A DNA stretch of 64,000 bases from Spirochaetaceae bacterium (lineage in GTDB: Bacteria; Spirochaetota; Spirochaetia; DSM-27196; PWMO01). Where the stretch lies: positions 28,380 to 92,379 of the forward strand of contig JBKHCS010000002.1 of assembly GCA_046541715.1 (NCBI GenBank), in the 5' to 3' direction. The notes beneath the pieces were generated by a model. It was given only the letters and a program-made list of their open reading frames with translations. It was not told the DNA's origin and did no database searches. The translations under genes and the position numbers were made by a program. Positions 1 through 8,623 of the stretch are shown here, one piece after another. Numbering within the stretch: the first letter of the stretch is position 1; every line of letters begins with the position of its first letter.

Positions 1-137
1 AGGACCCCTAAGGAGATGCCGGCGCGGATTCCCCGGTCGCCGAAGAGCCACCCGAGAACCGGAACGTTGATCATTATTATGGCCCAGACGCCGAGGGCCA
101 ATACTACCGGAAGCGAAAAGTCAGCAACTACCTGCAT
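1..137 (-). CDS. partial CDS (first 45 codons, continues past the window start); hydrophobic membrane protein of unknown function
   Basis: The ATG at 137 shares a base with the TAA stop of the upstream gene (TAATG overlap). The translation MQVVADFSLPVVLALGVWAIIMINVPVLGWLF is TM-like, and the frame stays open to position 1. Confidence 0.35.
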   Translation of the reverse strand, partial: MQVVADFSLPVVLALGVWAIIMINVPVLGWLFGDRGIRAGISLGV

Positions 138-1294
138 TACGGCCTTCCTAGGATTTTTAGACGGAACCACGCCGCGATGAATGGTCCCCAGGGTACGGTA
201 GCCATTATTTGAACCGTCTCCCACAAGGAGACCTCTTCGTTCAAGAAGCGGAGGAGCCGGTCGATCGGATTTTTCTTGAAAAGACGGCGAAACACCTCGT
301 GAGAGAGATCTCCCCGGCGGTAGAGTACGTTAAGGAGTATCGAATCCAAAAGGGCAAAGCGTCCTGGAGTCTTTGGAAGGTCGAAAGGGTGCCCGACCCG
401 ACGAAGAGAGTCCGCGATCGCAAGGGAGTCCCGATAGATTCGATGAAAGGCGAAACCGGTGGAGGCCTTGACGCGCCCTCCCTTTGTTCCGGTCAAGAGG
501 ATTCGTTTCCCGGCTCGGCGGGGAAAGGGGTAATCGGTCATCGGGATAATTCCCGTTTCCGTTTCAACCACTTTATAGTTCCCGGGTTGGACAACCTTGT
601 CGATGTACTCCGTCAATCCCGCGGTGTACTCCTCTTCGCTCAGGAGGTCGTGGGAGAAAAGGGTGTACTCGACGAGGGCCTCGGTCTCCGAGAAGGGCAG
701 TATGTAGACGAACCGGCAGGTCTCGTGCTGCGGGGTGCGAAAGTCGAAGAGCGTCGCCCTGTCGGGATCGAATACCGGTTTCTCACTCTCGATAAACCAA
801 CCGAGAAAATGCTGCTTCAAGAAATGGTAGTTCGTCTCGTCGACGGTGAAGTCGCGAGGAATAAACAGGCTGTCGAAGACCCACTCGGCGGTGTAGGGGA
901 CCCCGTCCACGACCACCGTGGCAAACTCTTCTCCGTCTTCGATTCGGTCCACCGTACCGACGAGGCGCGTTACGTTGGGTTTCTCCTCGAGAAGAGCGTA
1001 GGAGTCGCGGTAAAAGTCCTCCCCTCGAAACATGCGGTAGTTCATCGGGGAGATGTCGATGGAGAGCTCTTCTCCGTAGTCGAAGAAGCCGACTTTCTGC
1101 CACTTCCGATGGATGAGATGGTCAAAGGGCGTCTTTTCGGAGGACCAAAAGCACCAGGTGCGGTCGTTCTTTGCCTTGTTGTCTCTATCCACGAGGAGCA
1201 CGCGTTTATCCTCGAACCCTGCCTCGACAAGCGCCCTGCCAAGATGGAGCCCTGCGGCGCCCCCACCTGCTATCACGAAGTTGTAATCAGCCAT
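137..1294 (-). CDS. lycopene cyclase (CrtY-like) family FAD-dependent protein
   Basis: This is ORF 137..1531, trimmed to the internal ATG at 1294 (MADYNFVIAGGGAAGL dinucleotide-binding motif). The NDRTWCFW motif is typical of the lycopene cyclase family. The upstream 79 codons are R/P-rich and look non-coding. Confidence 0.75.
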   Translation of the reverse strand: MADYNFVIAGGGAAGLHLGRALVEAGFEDKRVLLVDRDNKAKNDRTWCFWSSEKTPFDHLIHRKWQKVGFFDYGEELSIDISPMNYRMFRGEDFYRDSYALLEEKPNVTRLVGTVDRIEDGEEFATVVVDGVPYTAEWVFDSLFIPRDFTVDETNYHFLKQHFLGWFIESEKPVFDPDRATLFDFRTPQHETCRFVYILPFSETEALVEYTLFSHDLLSEEEYTAGLTEYIDKVVQPGNYKVVETETGIIPMTDYPFPRRAGKRILLTGTKGGRVKASTGFAFHRIYRDSLAIADSLRRVGHPFDLPKTPGRFALLDSILLNVLYRRGDLSHEVFRRLFKKNPIDRLLRFLNEEVSLWETVQIMATVPWGPFIAAWFRLKILGRP

Positions 1295-1391
1295 CTCTTG
1301 GTAACCTTGCGGCGAAATATAACCACCTTTTTGCCGTAAGTCGAAAGCATTGGGAGCGTCGGCTCCGTTGTATCGGATGGAGGTGATAAGA

Positions 1392-2084
1392 ATGAAGCGG
1401 CTCTTTCCGGGGTGCTGTACTCTCTGTGGGCGGGTGAGCATCTCCGGCCGTCCGGTACTCTGTTCGGCGTGCCGCGGGGAGTGCGTTCCGATCAATGGGC
1501 CGGTATGCGGGCGATGCGGACGGCCCCTCATTTCCGAGGATACTCTGTGCAGCAGGTGTCGTGACCGGCGGGATAACTGCGAAAACCGGTCCGCCGCCGA
1601 GTACCGCGGCCGCCTTCAGGAGGTGATATCGCTCTATAAGCTATCCGGGAATAGGGAGCTTGCCGGTTTTCTCTCGGAGCTCGTGCTGCGGGCTTTCGGA
1701 GAGACGCCGGTCGAAAGGGTCGTAGTTCCGGTCCCGCCGAGCCCCCAGCGGTTAAGGGCTCTCGGCTGGGACCCGGTATCGGAAGTGCTACGGTGTGTCG
1801 GAAAACGTCTCTCGATCCAGGTGCTTCCTCTTCTGGCGCGGACCGAAGGAATGCAACAAAAAGAGCTCGGCTACGAAGAACGTCGCGAAAACGCCAACTC
1901 CCTCTTCTCGGTGCGGTTGGAAGGGCGATCTCCCCAGGCCCCGGCTTTTCGGGAGCTCGGCGGTTCGGGCGTCATCCTCTTTGACGACGTCTTTACAACA
2001 GGAGCTACTATGAGCGTCTGCCGCCGACTGCTCGAGGCGGAGGGCTTCAAAGTAACAGGCAGCCGAACGATCGCGGTAGATTGA
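1392..2084 (+). CDS. comF: ComF-family phosphoribosyltransferase-like protein
   Basis: ATG at 1392 is preceded by GGAGGTGA. There are N-terminal CxxC...CxxC and CxxC...CxxC zinc-finger-like pairs, and a C-terminal PRTase motif VILFDDVFTTGAT. Confidence 0.75.
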   Translation: MKRLFPGCCTLCGRVSISGRPVLCSACRGECVPINGPVCGRCGRPLISEDTLCSRCRDRRDNCENRSAAEYRGRLQEVISLYKLSGNRELAGFLSELVLRAFGETPVERVVVPVPPSPQRLRALGWDPVSEVLRCVGKRLSIQVLPLLARTEGMQQKELGYEERRENANSLFSVRLEGRSPQAPAFRELGGSGVILFDDVFTTGATMSVCRRLLEAEGFKVTGSRTIAVD

Positions 2085-2109
2085 CTTTTGTCGCGGTACC
2101 TGCTATCTT
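2081..2109 (+). promoter_or_regulatory. candidate sigma70-type promoter for rimP-nusA-infB
   Basis: TTGACT (2081-2086), a 17-nt spacer, then TATCTT (2104-2109). It overlaps the comF stop codon. Confidence 0.35.
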
Positions 2110-2137
2110 CGCTTTACGAATAAATCCTTGCGCAGCA

Positions 2138-2162
2138 GGAGTCGGGCACCGACTCCTTTTTT
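2138..2162 (+). terminator. intrinsic terminator / leader attenuator hairpin immediately before rimP
   Basis: GGAGTCGG (2138-2145), a GCA loop, CCGACTCC (2149-2156), then TTTTTT (2157-2162) running straight into the rimP ATG at 2163. Confidence 0.55.
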
Positions 2163-2615
2163 ATGCTCCAAAGGAACGTGCCGGTGATAGAAGGAACCAT
2201 CTACGACGATATAGAATCCCTCATCGAGGGGCTCGGGTTCCGCGTTGTGGAGCTGAAGGCTCAGCCGATTCGCAGTGCCTTGATGGTTTCTTTGGTCGTT
2301 CACAAGCCCGGAGGAATCGGGGTGGACGACTGTGCTACGGTCCACCGGACGGTGCTTCCTCGCCTGGAAGCCGTCCTCGATCGAGACGACATTCGTATGG
2401 AAGTCAGTTCCCCGGGAATCGGACGGAAGCTCAAGAGTTGGAGCGAATTCAAGGCGTTTCGCGACGAGGCAATGGTCCTCGGGTTAAGGGATGGAAGCAC
2501 GGTTTCCGGGGTTGTTTCGTATCTCGACCCCGGTTCGATAGAGTTGAAAGACACCGGCGGCCGACGGGTAATCGATACGGATTCGATTGCCTGGGCGCGG
2601 CTGAGTGAGGAGTAA
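2163..2615 (+). CDS. rimP: ribosome maturation factor RimP
   Basis: 150-aa ORF in the conserved position directly upstream of nusA. RimP-like N-terminus (IESLIEGLGFRVVELK) and a C-terminal Sm-like segment. Confidence 0.85.
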   Translation: MLQRNVPVIEGTIYDDIESLIEGLGFRVVELKAQPIRSALMVSLVVHKPGGIGVDDCATVHRTVLPRLEAVLDRDDIRMEVSSPGIGRKLKSWSEFKAFRDEAMVLGLRDGSTVSGVVSYLDPGSIELKDTGGRRVIDTDSIAWARLSEE

Positions 2616-2630
2616 AGGAGGCAACAGAAG

Positions 2631-4487
2631 ATGGCGTCCGAGTTAATGGAGGCGATTCGTCTTCTCGTTCAGGAAAAAGGAATCTCCGAAGAGCTGGTCC
2701 ATAAGACCATCGAAGAATTTCTCATTGCTGCTTACAAAAAAACGTTTGGGACGGCGGATAACGCCGTGGTGCGGATAAGCGAAGACGAAGAGGAAGTAAC
2801 CCTCTTCGCCCGAAAGGAGATCGTCGAGGACGTCTACGACCCGGTCAATGAGGTCGCCCTCGAAGAGGCCCTGACCTATAATCCCGAGTGTGAAATCGGC
2901 GACGAGCTCCTCATCGAGATCAATCCGATGGAGTTCGACCGAGTCGCGATTCAGAGCGCCAAGCAAAAGGCGCGGCAAACCCTCCGGGAGATCCAAAAAG
3001 ACACCCTCTATTCCGAGTTTAGCGATAAAGTCGGTGAGATGATCATCGGCTACTACCAGCGGGAACGCAACGGCAATATCTTCGTCGACCTTGGAAAGAC
3101 CGAAGGGCTCCTGCCGAAGCGCTATCAATCTCCCCGGGAGGTCTACCGCCCGAACGACCGCATCAAAGCGCTCATTTACGAAGTTACCAAGACCCCGACG
3201 GGTCTGCAGATCATCCTTTCGAGGACCCACACGGACTTCGTCCGCCGGATTTTTGAGCTGGAAGTCCCGGAGATATACGACAAGACCGTCGAGATCTTCA
3301 AGATTGTCCGGGAACCCGGGTACCGGACCAAGATCGCCGTCTATTCGAACCGGGAAGACGTCGACCCCGTAGGCGCCTGTGTGGGTTTGCGGGGCGTGAG
3401 GATCCAGGCGATAGTCCGGGAGCTCGAAGGCGAGAAGATCGACATCCTCAAGTACGACAACGACCAACGGATGTTCATCAAGAACGCACTGTCTCCTGCG
3501 GAGGTAACCAACGTCGTCATCGTGGACGAGTCGAAACGACAAGCCCTCGCGGTGGTGCCGGAGAATCAGCTTTCCTTGGCAATCGGCAAGCAGGGGCTGA
3601 ACGTTCGCCTTGCCAACCGCCTCGTCGACTGGAACATAGACGTAAAGACCGACGAGCAGTTCGGAGAAATGGATCTGGCTGCGGAATCGAAGCGGGCAGT
3701 TTCCGCTCTCTTCGGCGATTACGAAGAGGAAGAGATTACCCGGGTCGCCGAGTTGCCGGGTATCTCGGACAGTCTCGTCGCGACCCTCAAGGGAAACGGC
3801 ATCGAGTACATCGAAGACTTGGTTGCCCTTTCGGACGAGGACTATACAAAGCTCACCGGCATAACTGCCGGCGACATTGCGGAGCTCCGTCAGATAATCG
3901 CTGAGAACGTCGAGATTATCGAGCAGGAAGAGGAGGCCGCCGCCGAGGAAGAGACTCCGGAAGAGGGGGCCGAACCCGCCGAAGCCGAAGCCGAAGCCGA
4001 AGCCGAAGCCGAAGCCGAAGCCGAAGCCGAAGCCGAAACGGAAGCCGAGGCCGAAATGGAAGCCGAAGCCGAAGCCGAGGCCCCGGAGGAAGAAGCGGCA
4101 GAAGCGGCGGGGCCCGAGGCGGTTGCAACCGAGGAGCCCCCGGCGGAAGCCGCAGAACCCGAGCCGGCCGAACCCGAGGCCCCCGAAGAGGAGAAGGCCG
4201 AAGAGCTCGAAGGCGAGGAACCCGAACCCGAGGCGGAAGAGGGAATCGCAGAGGAGCCCGAAGAGCCGGAAGAAGAAATTACCGATATTTCGGAGCTTCC
4301 GAACATCTCCAAAGAGGTGGTAAAGCGCCTCAAGGACAACAATGTTTACGACATTGTCGACCTTATCTCTCTCGACGACGAGGAATTGAGGGGGCTCAAG
4401 GGTATTACCGAAGAGAACATTGCCGAAATAAAGGCAATAATCTCTGAAAGTATAGAAGTAATCGAAGAAGACGAGGATTCCGAGTAG
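2631..4487 (+). CDS. nusA: transcription termination/antitermination factor NusA with a long acidic linker between two HhH modules
   Basis: AAGGAGG RBS at 2616-2622. S1 and KH motifs are present (GxxGxRI: VGACVGLRGVRIQ, AIGKQGLNVRLA). Two paralogous ~60-aa ELPxIS...L.GIT modules sit at the C-terminus. Confidence 0.95.
   Translation: MASELMEAIRLLVQEKGISEELVHKTIEEFLIAAYKKTFGTADNAVVRISEDEEEVTLFARKEIVEDVYDPVNEVALEEALTYNPECEIGDELLIEINPMEFDRVAIQSAKQKARQTLREIQKDTLYSEFSDKVGEMIIGYYQRERNGNIFVDLGKTEGLLPKRYQSPREVYRPNDRIKALIYEVTKTPTGLQIILSRTHTDFVRRIFELEVPEIYDKTVEIFKIVREPGYRTKIAVYSNREDVDPVGACVGLRGVRIQAIVRELEGEKIDILKYDNDQRMFIKNALSPAEVTNVVIVDESKRQALAVVPENQLSLAIGKQGLNVRLANRLVDWNIDVKTDEQFGEMDLAAESKRAVSALFGDYEEEEITRVAELPGISDSLVATLKGNGIEYIEDLVALSDEDYTKLTGITAGDIAELRQIIAENVEIIEQEEEAAAEEETPEEGAEPAEAEAEAEAEAEAEAEAEAETEAEAEMEAEAEAEAPEEEAAEAAGPEAVATEEPPAEAAEPEPAEPEAPEEEKAEELEGEEPEPEAEEGIAEEPEEPEEEITDISELPNISKEVVKRLKDNNVYDIVDLISLDDEELRGLKGITEENIAEIKAIISESIEVIEEDEDSE
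3978..4079. repeat. in-frame hexanucleotide microsatellite (GCCGAA)n encoding (AE)n inside nusA
   Basis: Ten perfect GCCGAA units span 3978-4037. Seven more units with 0-2 mismatches (ACGGAA, GCCGAG, ATGGAA) follow to 4079. Confidence 0.95.
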
Positions 4488-4545
4488 TCAGATACGTGAC
4501 GGACCAGCCCATCCTTGTGTATGATAGGGACAGAAAAGGGGATTT

Positions 4546-7026
4546 ATGGCTGAAGAGCGACAGGATGATCAGAAGCCCAAAACGGCGCTAATCAAACACA
4601 AGAAAGACTCCGGGTCTCAAGACGGCAATGCGCCTGAAAAGAAGAAGGTGCGTGTCGTCGTCAAGCGCAAGGGCAAAACGAAACCTGAAGCGGAAACGGA
4701 AGAAAGAGAGAATAAACGGTCCACCGAGGTCACTTCGGGGCCCGGTGTTAGCTCTGTTCGGGTGAAGCCCGAAGAACCCACGCCGCCGAAGCGGCCCGCA
4801 AGACCGACCGGAAAGATCGATCCGTCCACCATACCCCCCTCCGTCCGGGCGCCGATTCAACGGCCCGGAGAGGAGCGGACACCTCCGCCGCAAGCAAGAC
4901 GACGGGACGCAGGTCCCGGAGGCCCGCAGCGTCCTCGAGGCGACGTCGGTGCCGGAAGGCCCGCGGACCGATCCGGCAGGCCCCAGACTGCCGACCAATC
5001 CCGGGGCAGGCCCTCTGCGGGCTGGTCGCCCCCGGGCCGGGGTCCCGGGCGTCCCGGCGGCCCTCCCGGCGCCCCCGGGAGAACGGCTCCACCTCGGGGC
5101 CTCCCGGGGAGCGGTGGCGGCGGCGTGGAAGACAAGAAGACTCCGTCGAAAAAGTTCTTCAAGACAAAGAAGCGGGAGTATCCCAAGCGGGAGCGTTACC
5201 AGGAAAAGCCGATCCAGTGGAAACAGAAGAGGCAGCCGGGTCCAAAGGCTAACCCCGTTCCCAAAGAGATCGATATCATGGAGGTCATCACGGTTTCCGA
5301 GCTGGCCCGGAAACTCAACCTGAAGGCCTCGGACCTTATCGGCAAGTTGATGGCGATGGGCATGATGGTGACGATAAACCAGCAGATCGACGCGGAAACG
5401 GCGGAAATCCTCGCCGGCGAGTACGGCTGTAAGGTCAATATTGTCTCCCTATACGACGAGACCATTATCGAAACGGAGGATGACACGGAAGGGGACCTCC
5501 GACCCCGGCCACCCGTTATCACGGTTATGGGGCACGTCGACCATGGTAAGACGAAGCTTCTCGACGCGATCCGGAGGACCGACGTCGTCGCCGGCGAGTT
5601 CGGCGGCATTACCCAGCATATCGGGGCATACCAGGTGGAGCTTCCCCAAGGAAAGCTTACCTTTCTCGACACGCCGGGGCACGAAGCCTTTGGCATGATG
5701 CGAGCCCGGGGAGCCCAGATTACCGATATCGTTATTCTGGTCGTTGCCGCCGACGACGGAGTAATGCCCCAGACCCGGGAGGCGGTTGATCACGCAAAAG
5801 CCGCGGAAGTACCGATTATCGTCGCCGTCAACAAGATCGATCTCGCGGACGCCAATCCGGACCGGGTTAAACAACAACTCTCCGAGTTGGATCTGATTCC
5901 CGAGGATTGGGGCGGTTCGACCCTCTTCTGCGACGTCTCGGCCCTTACCGGGGAAGGGGTTCCCGAGCTGCTCGAGACCGTGCTTCTCCAGTCTGAGATC
6001 CTCGAGCTCAAGGCGAATTACGACACCAACGCCGAGGGAACCATTGTAGAGTCCCGGATCGATCCGGGTCGGGGTTCGGTCTCGACCCTCTTGGTGCAAC
6101 GGGGAACCCTTCGAGTTGGTGACAGCTTTATCGCCGGGGTGTTTCCCGGACGAGTTCGGGCGCTCTTTGACGATCGGGGTGAAAAGGTGGAAGCAGCCTC
6201 GCCCGCGATGCCCGTCGAGGTCCTCGGTATCACCGGGGTACCTAACGCCGGGGATCCCTTTCAGGTTACCGACAACGACAAGATGGCGCGGCAGGTAGGC
6301 GACAAACGACAAGAGCTCCGGAAGGTCGAAGAGGCTAGAAACGTCAAGAAGATTACCCTGGACAACCTCTACGATAGCATCCAAGCCGGTTCGGTCCAGG
6401 ACCTCCGGGTTATCATCAAGGGGGACGTTCACGGGTCGGTCGAGGCCATCCAGCAAGCCGTCGAGAAGCTCAGTACGGAAGAAGTTCGGTTGGTGTGTAT
6501 CAGATCGGCGGCGGGGGCGATCAACGAGGACGATGTTCGTCTCGCGAGCGCGTCGGATGCCATCATCGTCGGGTTTCACGTTCGACCCACGCCGCGGGCT
6601 CTCGAGCTTGCCGAAACCGAAAAGGTAGAGATTCGGAAGTACAACGTCATCTACGAAGTGGTTGACGACATCAAGGCCGCGATGGAAGGTCTCCTGTCGC
6701 CGGAGCTCCGGGAAGAGACGATCGGCAAGGTCGAGGTACGGGAGCTCTTCCGTGTACCAAAGATCGGCGTCATTGCCGGATCCTACGTCACGGAGGGCAA
6801 GGTTCGGCGGAATGCCGGCGTCCACGTCGTACGCGACGGCGTCGAGGTATATTCCGGGAAGATAAACTCCTTGAAGCGATTCAAGGACGACGCCCGAGAA
6901 GTGGAAGCCGGTTACGAATGCGGTGTCGGCGTGGAGAACTTCAACGATCTCAAGATCGGTGACGTCCTCGAAGTCTACCAGGTGGTAGAGCACGCGAAGA
7001 AGCTTGGAGAAGCGACGCAGAAGTAA
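4546..7026 (+). CDS. infB: translation initiation factor IF-2
   Basis: GTPase motifs [13 protein letters not shown] and NKID. A P/G/R-rich N-terminal region. Conserved nusA-infB-rbfA order. Confidence 0.97.
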   Translation: MAEERQDDQKPKTALIKHKKDSGSQDGNAPEKKKVRVVVKRKGKTKPEAETEERENKRSTEVTSGPGVSSVRVKPEEPTPPKRPARPTGKIDPSTIPPSVRAPIQRPGEERTPPPQARRRDAGPGGPQRPRGDVGAGRPADRSGRPQTADQSRGRPSAGWSPPGRGPGRPGGPPGAPGRTAPPRGLPGSGGGGVEDKKTPSKKFFKTKKREYPKRERYQEKPIQWKQKRQPGPKANPVPKEIDIMEVITVSELARKLNLKASDLIGKLMAMGMMVTINQQIDAETAEILAGEYGCKVNIVSLYDETIIETEDDTEGDLRPRPPVITVMGHVDHGKTKLLDAIRRTDVVAGEFGGITQHIGAYQVELPQGKLTFLDTPGHEAFGMMRARGAQITDIVILVVAADDGVMPQTREAVDHAKAAEVPIIVAVNKIDLADANPDRVKQQLSELDLIPEDWGGSTLFCDVSALTGEGVPELLETVLLQSEILELKANYDTNAEGTIVESRIDPGRGSVSTLLVQRGTLRVGDSFIAGVFPGRVRALFDDRGEKVEAASPAMPVEVLGITGVPNAGDPFQVTDNDKMARQVGDKRQELRKVEEARNVKKITLDNLYDSIQAGSVQDLRVIIKGDVHGSVEAIQQAVEKLSTEEVRLVCIRSAAGAINEDDVRLASASDAIIVGFHVRPTPRALELAETEKVEIRKYNVIYEVVDDIKAAMEGLLSPELREETIGKVEVRELFRVPKIGVIAGSYVTEGKVRRNAGVHVVRDGVEVYSGKINSLKRFKDDAREVEAGYECGVGVENFNDLKIGDVLEVYQVVEHAKKLGEATQK

Positions 7027-7373
7027 TGGCCAATCACAGAATGGAACGGGTGGCGAGTCTCCTTCAGCAGGAGCTGAGCCGCCTTATTCTCGACGAAGAG
7101 CTCAAAGACCCTCGTATCAACAAGCTTGTTGCCATAAGTGGGGTTACGGTATCGAAGGACCTCGAGTACGCCAAGGCTAGGGTTTCGGGATACCTAACCC
7201 ACAAGAAGCTGGAAAAGGCAGTCGACGGACTCAACAGCGCCGCCGGGTTTATTCAGGGGCGCCTTGCGAAAAGATTGCGGTTTCGTGCGACGCCGAAGCT
7301 CACGTTCGTGGTGGACCACAGTATCGAAGAAGGGTTCGAGCTGACCCAAAAAATCGACGAGATAGTCCCCTAG
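7026..7373 (+). CDS. rbfA: ribosome-binding factor A
   Basis: 115 aa. The ATG overlaps the infB TAA (TAATG). RbfA-like RVASLLQQELSRLI N-terminus. Confidence 0.9.
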   Translation: MANHRMERVASLLQQELSRLILDEELKDPRINKLVAISGVTVSKDLEYAKARVSGYLTHKKLEKAVDGLNSAAGFIQGRLAKRLRFRATPKLTFVVDHSIEEGFELTQKIDEIVP

Positions 7374-7376
7374 TCG

Positions 7377-8240
7377 ATGCTCAACGGGGCGGTGCTCTTG
7401 GACAAGCCTCCGGGAACGACGTCCTTCGGAGCACTCGGTCCTTTGAAACGGGGCTTCGACACTCGGCGTATCGGCCACACGGGAACGTTGGACCCCTTCG
7501 CGTCGGGTCTCCTGATAGCCCTCATCGGGAAGATGACGCGGTTAGCCGGGTACGTTACCGACTACGGAAAGGAGTACCTGGCGACCTTCCGGTTCGGAGC
7601 GGAGACCGATACGCTGGATACCGAAGGGAAGGTCCTGTACCGGGCACCGGTTCCGACGGAGAAGGCCATCCGAGACGCATTGCCGGCGTTTTTCGGAGCT
7701 ATAGACCAGCGACCCCCGGCGTTCTCGGCGGTGCACGTCGCCGGAGTTCGGGCTTACCGTCTGTCACGAAGCGGTCAGGAGGTGGACATCCCGCCCCGGC
7801 GGGTTGTCATTCACGTCTTCGAGGCCCTCGATTGGGACCCTCCGGACCTTAGCGTCCGGATCGCCTGTGGGAAAGGCACCTACATTCGATCCCTGGCCCG
7901 GGACCTGGGGTTGGCCGTCGGCAGCCGCGCCTACGTCCGGGAGCTTCGGAGGACCCGGATCGGCCCCTACTCGGTGGACGGTGCGGTGTCACCCGAGGCC
8001 GGGGCAGAGGGGCAGGGTCTATTGACTCCCCGGGAGTTCCTTGCCCTCGGAGGCGAAGTTCCGGAGGTTGCGGTAGGGGACGAGGCGGCGGGTCGCATTC
8101 GAAACGGGACGAACCTGACCCCCGGGTTGCTCGGCCGATCGCCCCCGGGAGACGGGTTGTTTTCGGTGGTTCACGAGGGAAGCGTTCTGGCCCTGTGTCG
8201 CTCACAGGGGGGAGAGCTTTCCTACCTTGCGGTTCTTTGA
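7377..8240 (+). CDS. truB: tRNA pseudouridine(55) synthase TruB
   Basis: Catalytic motif GHTGTLDPFASGLL. Conserved position after rbfA. Confidence 0.93.
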   Translation: MLNGAVLLDKPPGTTSFGALGPLKRGFDTRRIGHTGTLDPFASGLLIALIGKMTRLAGYVTDYGKEYLATFRFGAETDTLDTEGKVLYRAPVPTEKAIRDALPAFFGAIDQRPPAFSAVHVAGVRAYRLSRSGQEVDIPPRRVVIHVFEALDWDPPDLSVRIACGKGTYIRSLARDLGLAVGSRAYVRELRRTRIGPYSVDGAVSPEAGAEGQGLLTPREFLALGGEVPEVAVGDEAAGRIRNGTNLTPGLLGRSPPGDGLFSVVHEGSVLALCRSQGGELSYLAVL

Positions 8241-8241
8241 A

Positions 8242-8270
8242 TTGACATTAACCGCCGGTATGAGAATACT
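8242..8270 (+). promoter_or_regulatory. candidate sigma70-type promoter for rpsO-pnp
   Basis: TTGACA (8242-8247), a 17-nt spacer, then AATACT (8265-8270), about 70 nt upstream of the rpsO ATG. Confidence 0.4.
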
Positions 8271-8339
8271 ATTAGCCTACTAAATCGAAGCATGGGAACG
8301 GCTTGGAGCCGGATGTGGTAGAGACCTGAGGAGAACTAG

Positions 8340-8609
8340 ATGCCATTGACCAAAGTCAGGAAGGAAGAGCTCGTAAAAGAGTTCGGTGGGAGCGAGAAGG
8401 ATACCGGCCGCGCGGAGGTGCAGGTTGCTCTTCTTACCGAGCGAATCACCGAGCTTACCGAGCACCTGAAGATTGAAAAGAAAGATCACAGCTCCCGGCG
8501 AGGCCTCCTGAAGCTCGTCGGACAGCGTCGTCGTCTCCTGCGTTACTTGCGCAACAACGATCTTGATCGCTATCGAAGCATCATTGAGCGACTCGGTCTT
8601 CGCAAGTAG
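8340..8609 (+). CDS. rpsO: 30S ribosomal protein S15
   Basis: 89 aa with GAGGAG RBS. S15 signature [36 protein letters not shown]. Confidence 0.97.
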   Translation: MPLTKVRKEELVKEFGGSEKDTGRAEVQVALLTERITELTEHLKIEKKDHSSRRGLLKLVGQRRRLLRYLRNNDLDRYRSIIERLGLRK

Positions 8610-8623
8610 GCAGGGATAGAGGA

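Noticed and set aside
3978-4079. Regular short tandem repeat considered as a possible CRISPR-like or regulatory array
   Set aside because: The unit is only 6 nt with no spacers. It is in frame within nusA and simply encodes (Ala-Glu)n. I report it as a coding microsatellite instead.
5449-6993. 514-aa ORF antisense to infB
   Set aside because: It is a mirror-frame ORF of the kind produced by GC-rich, stop-poor antisense codons. The translation is R/G/P/D-rich low complexity with no motif or RBS. The sense strand encodes an unambiguous IF-2.
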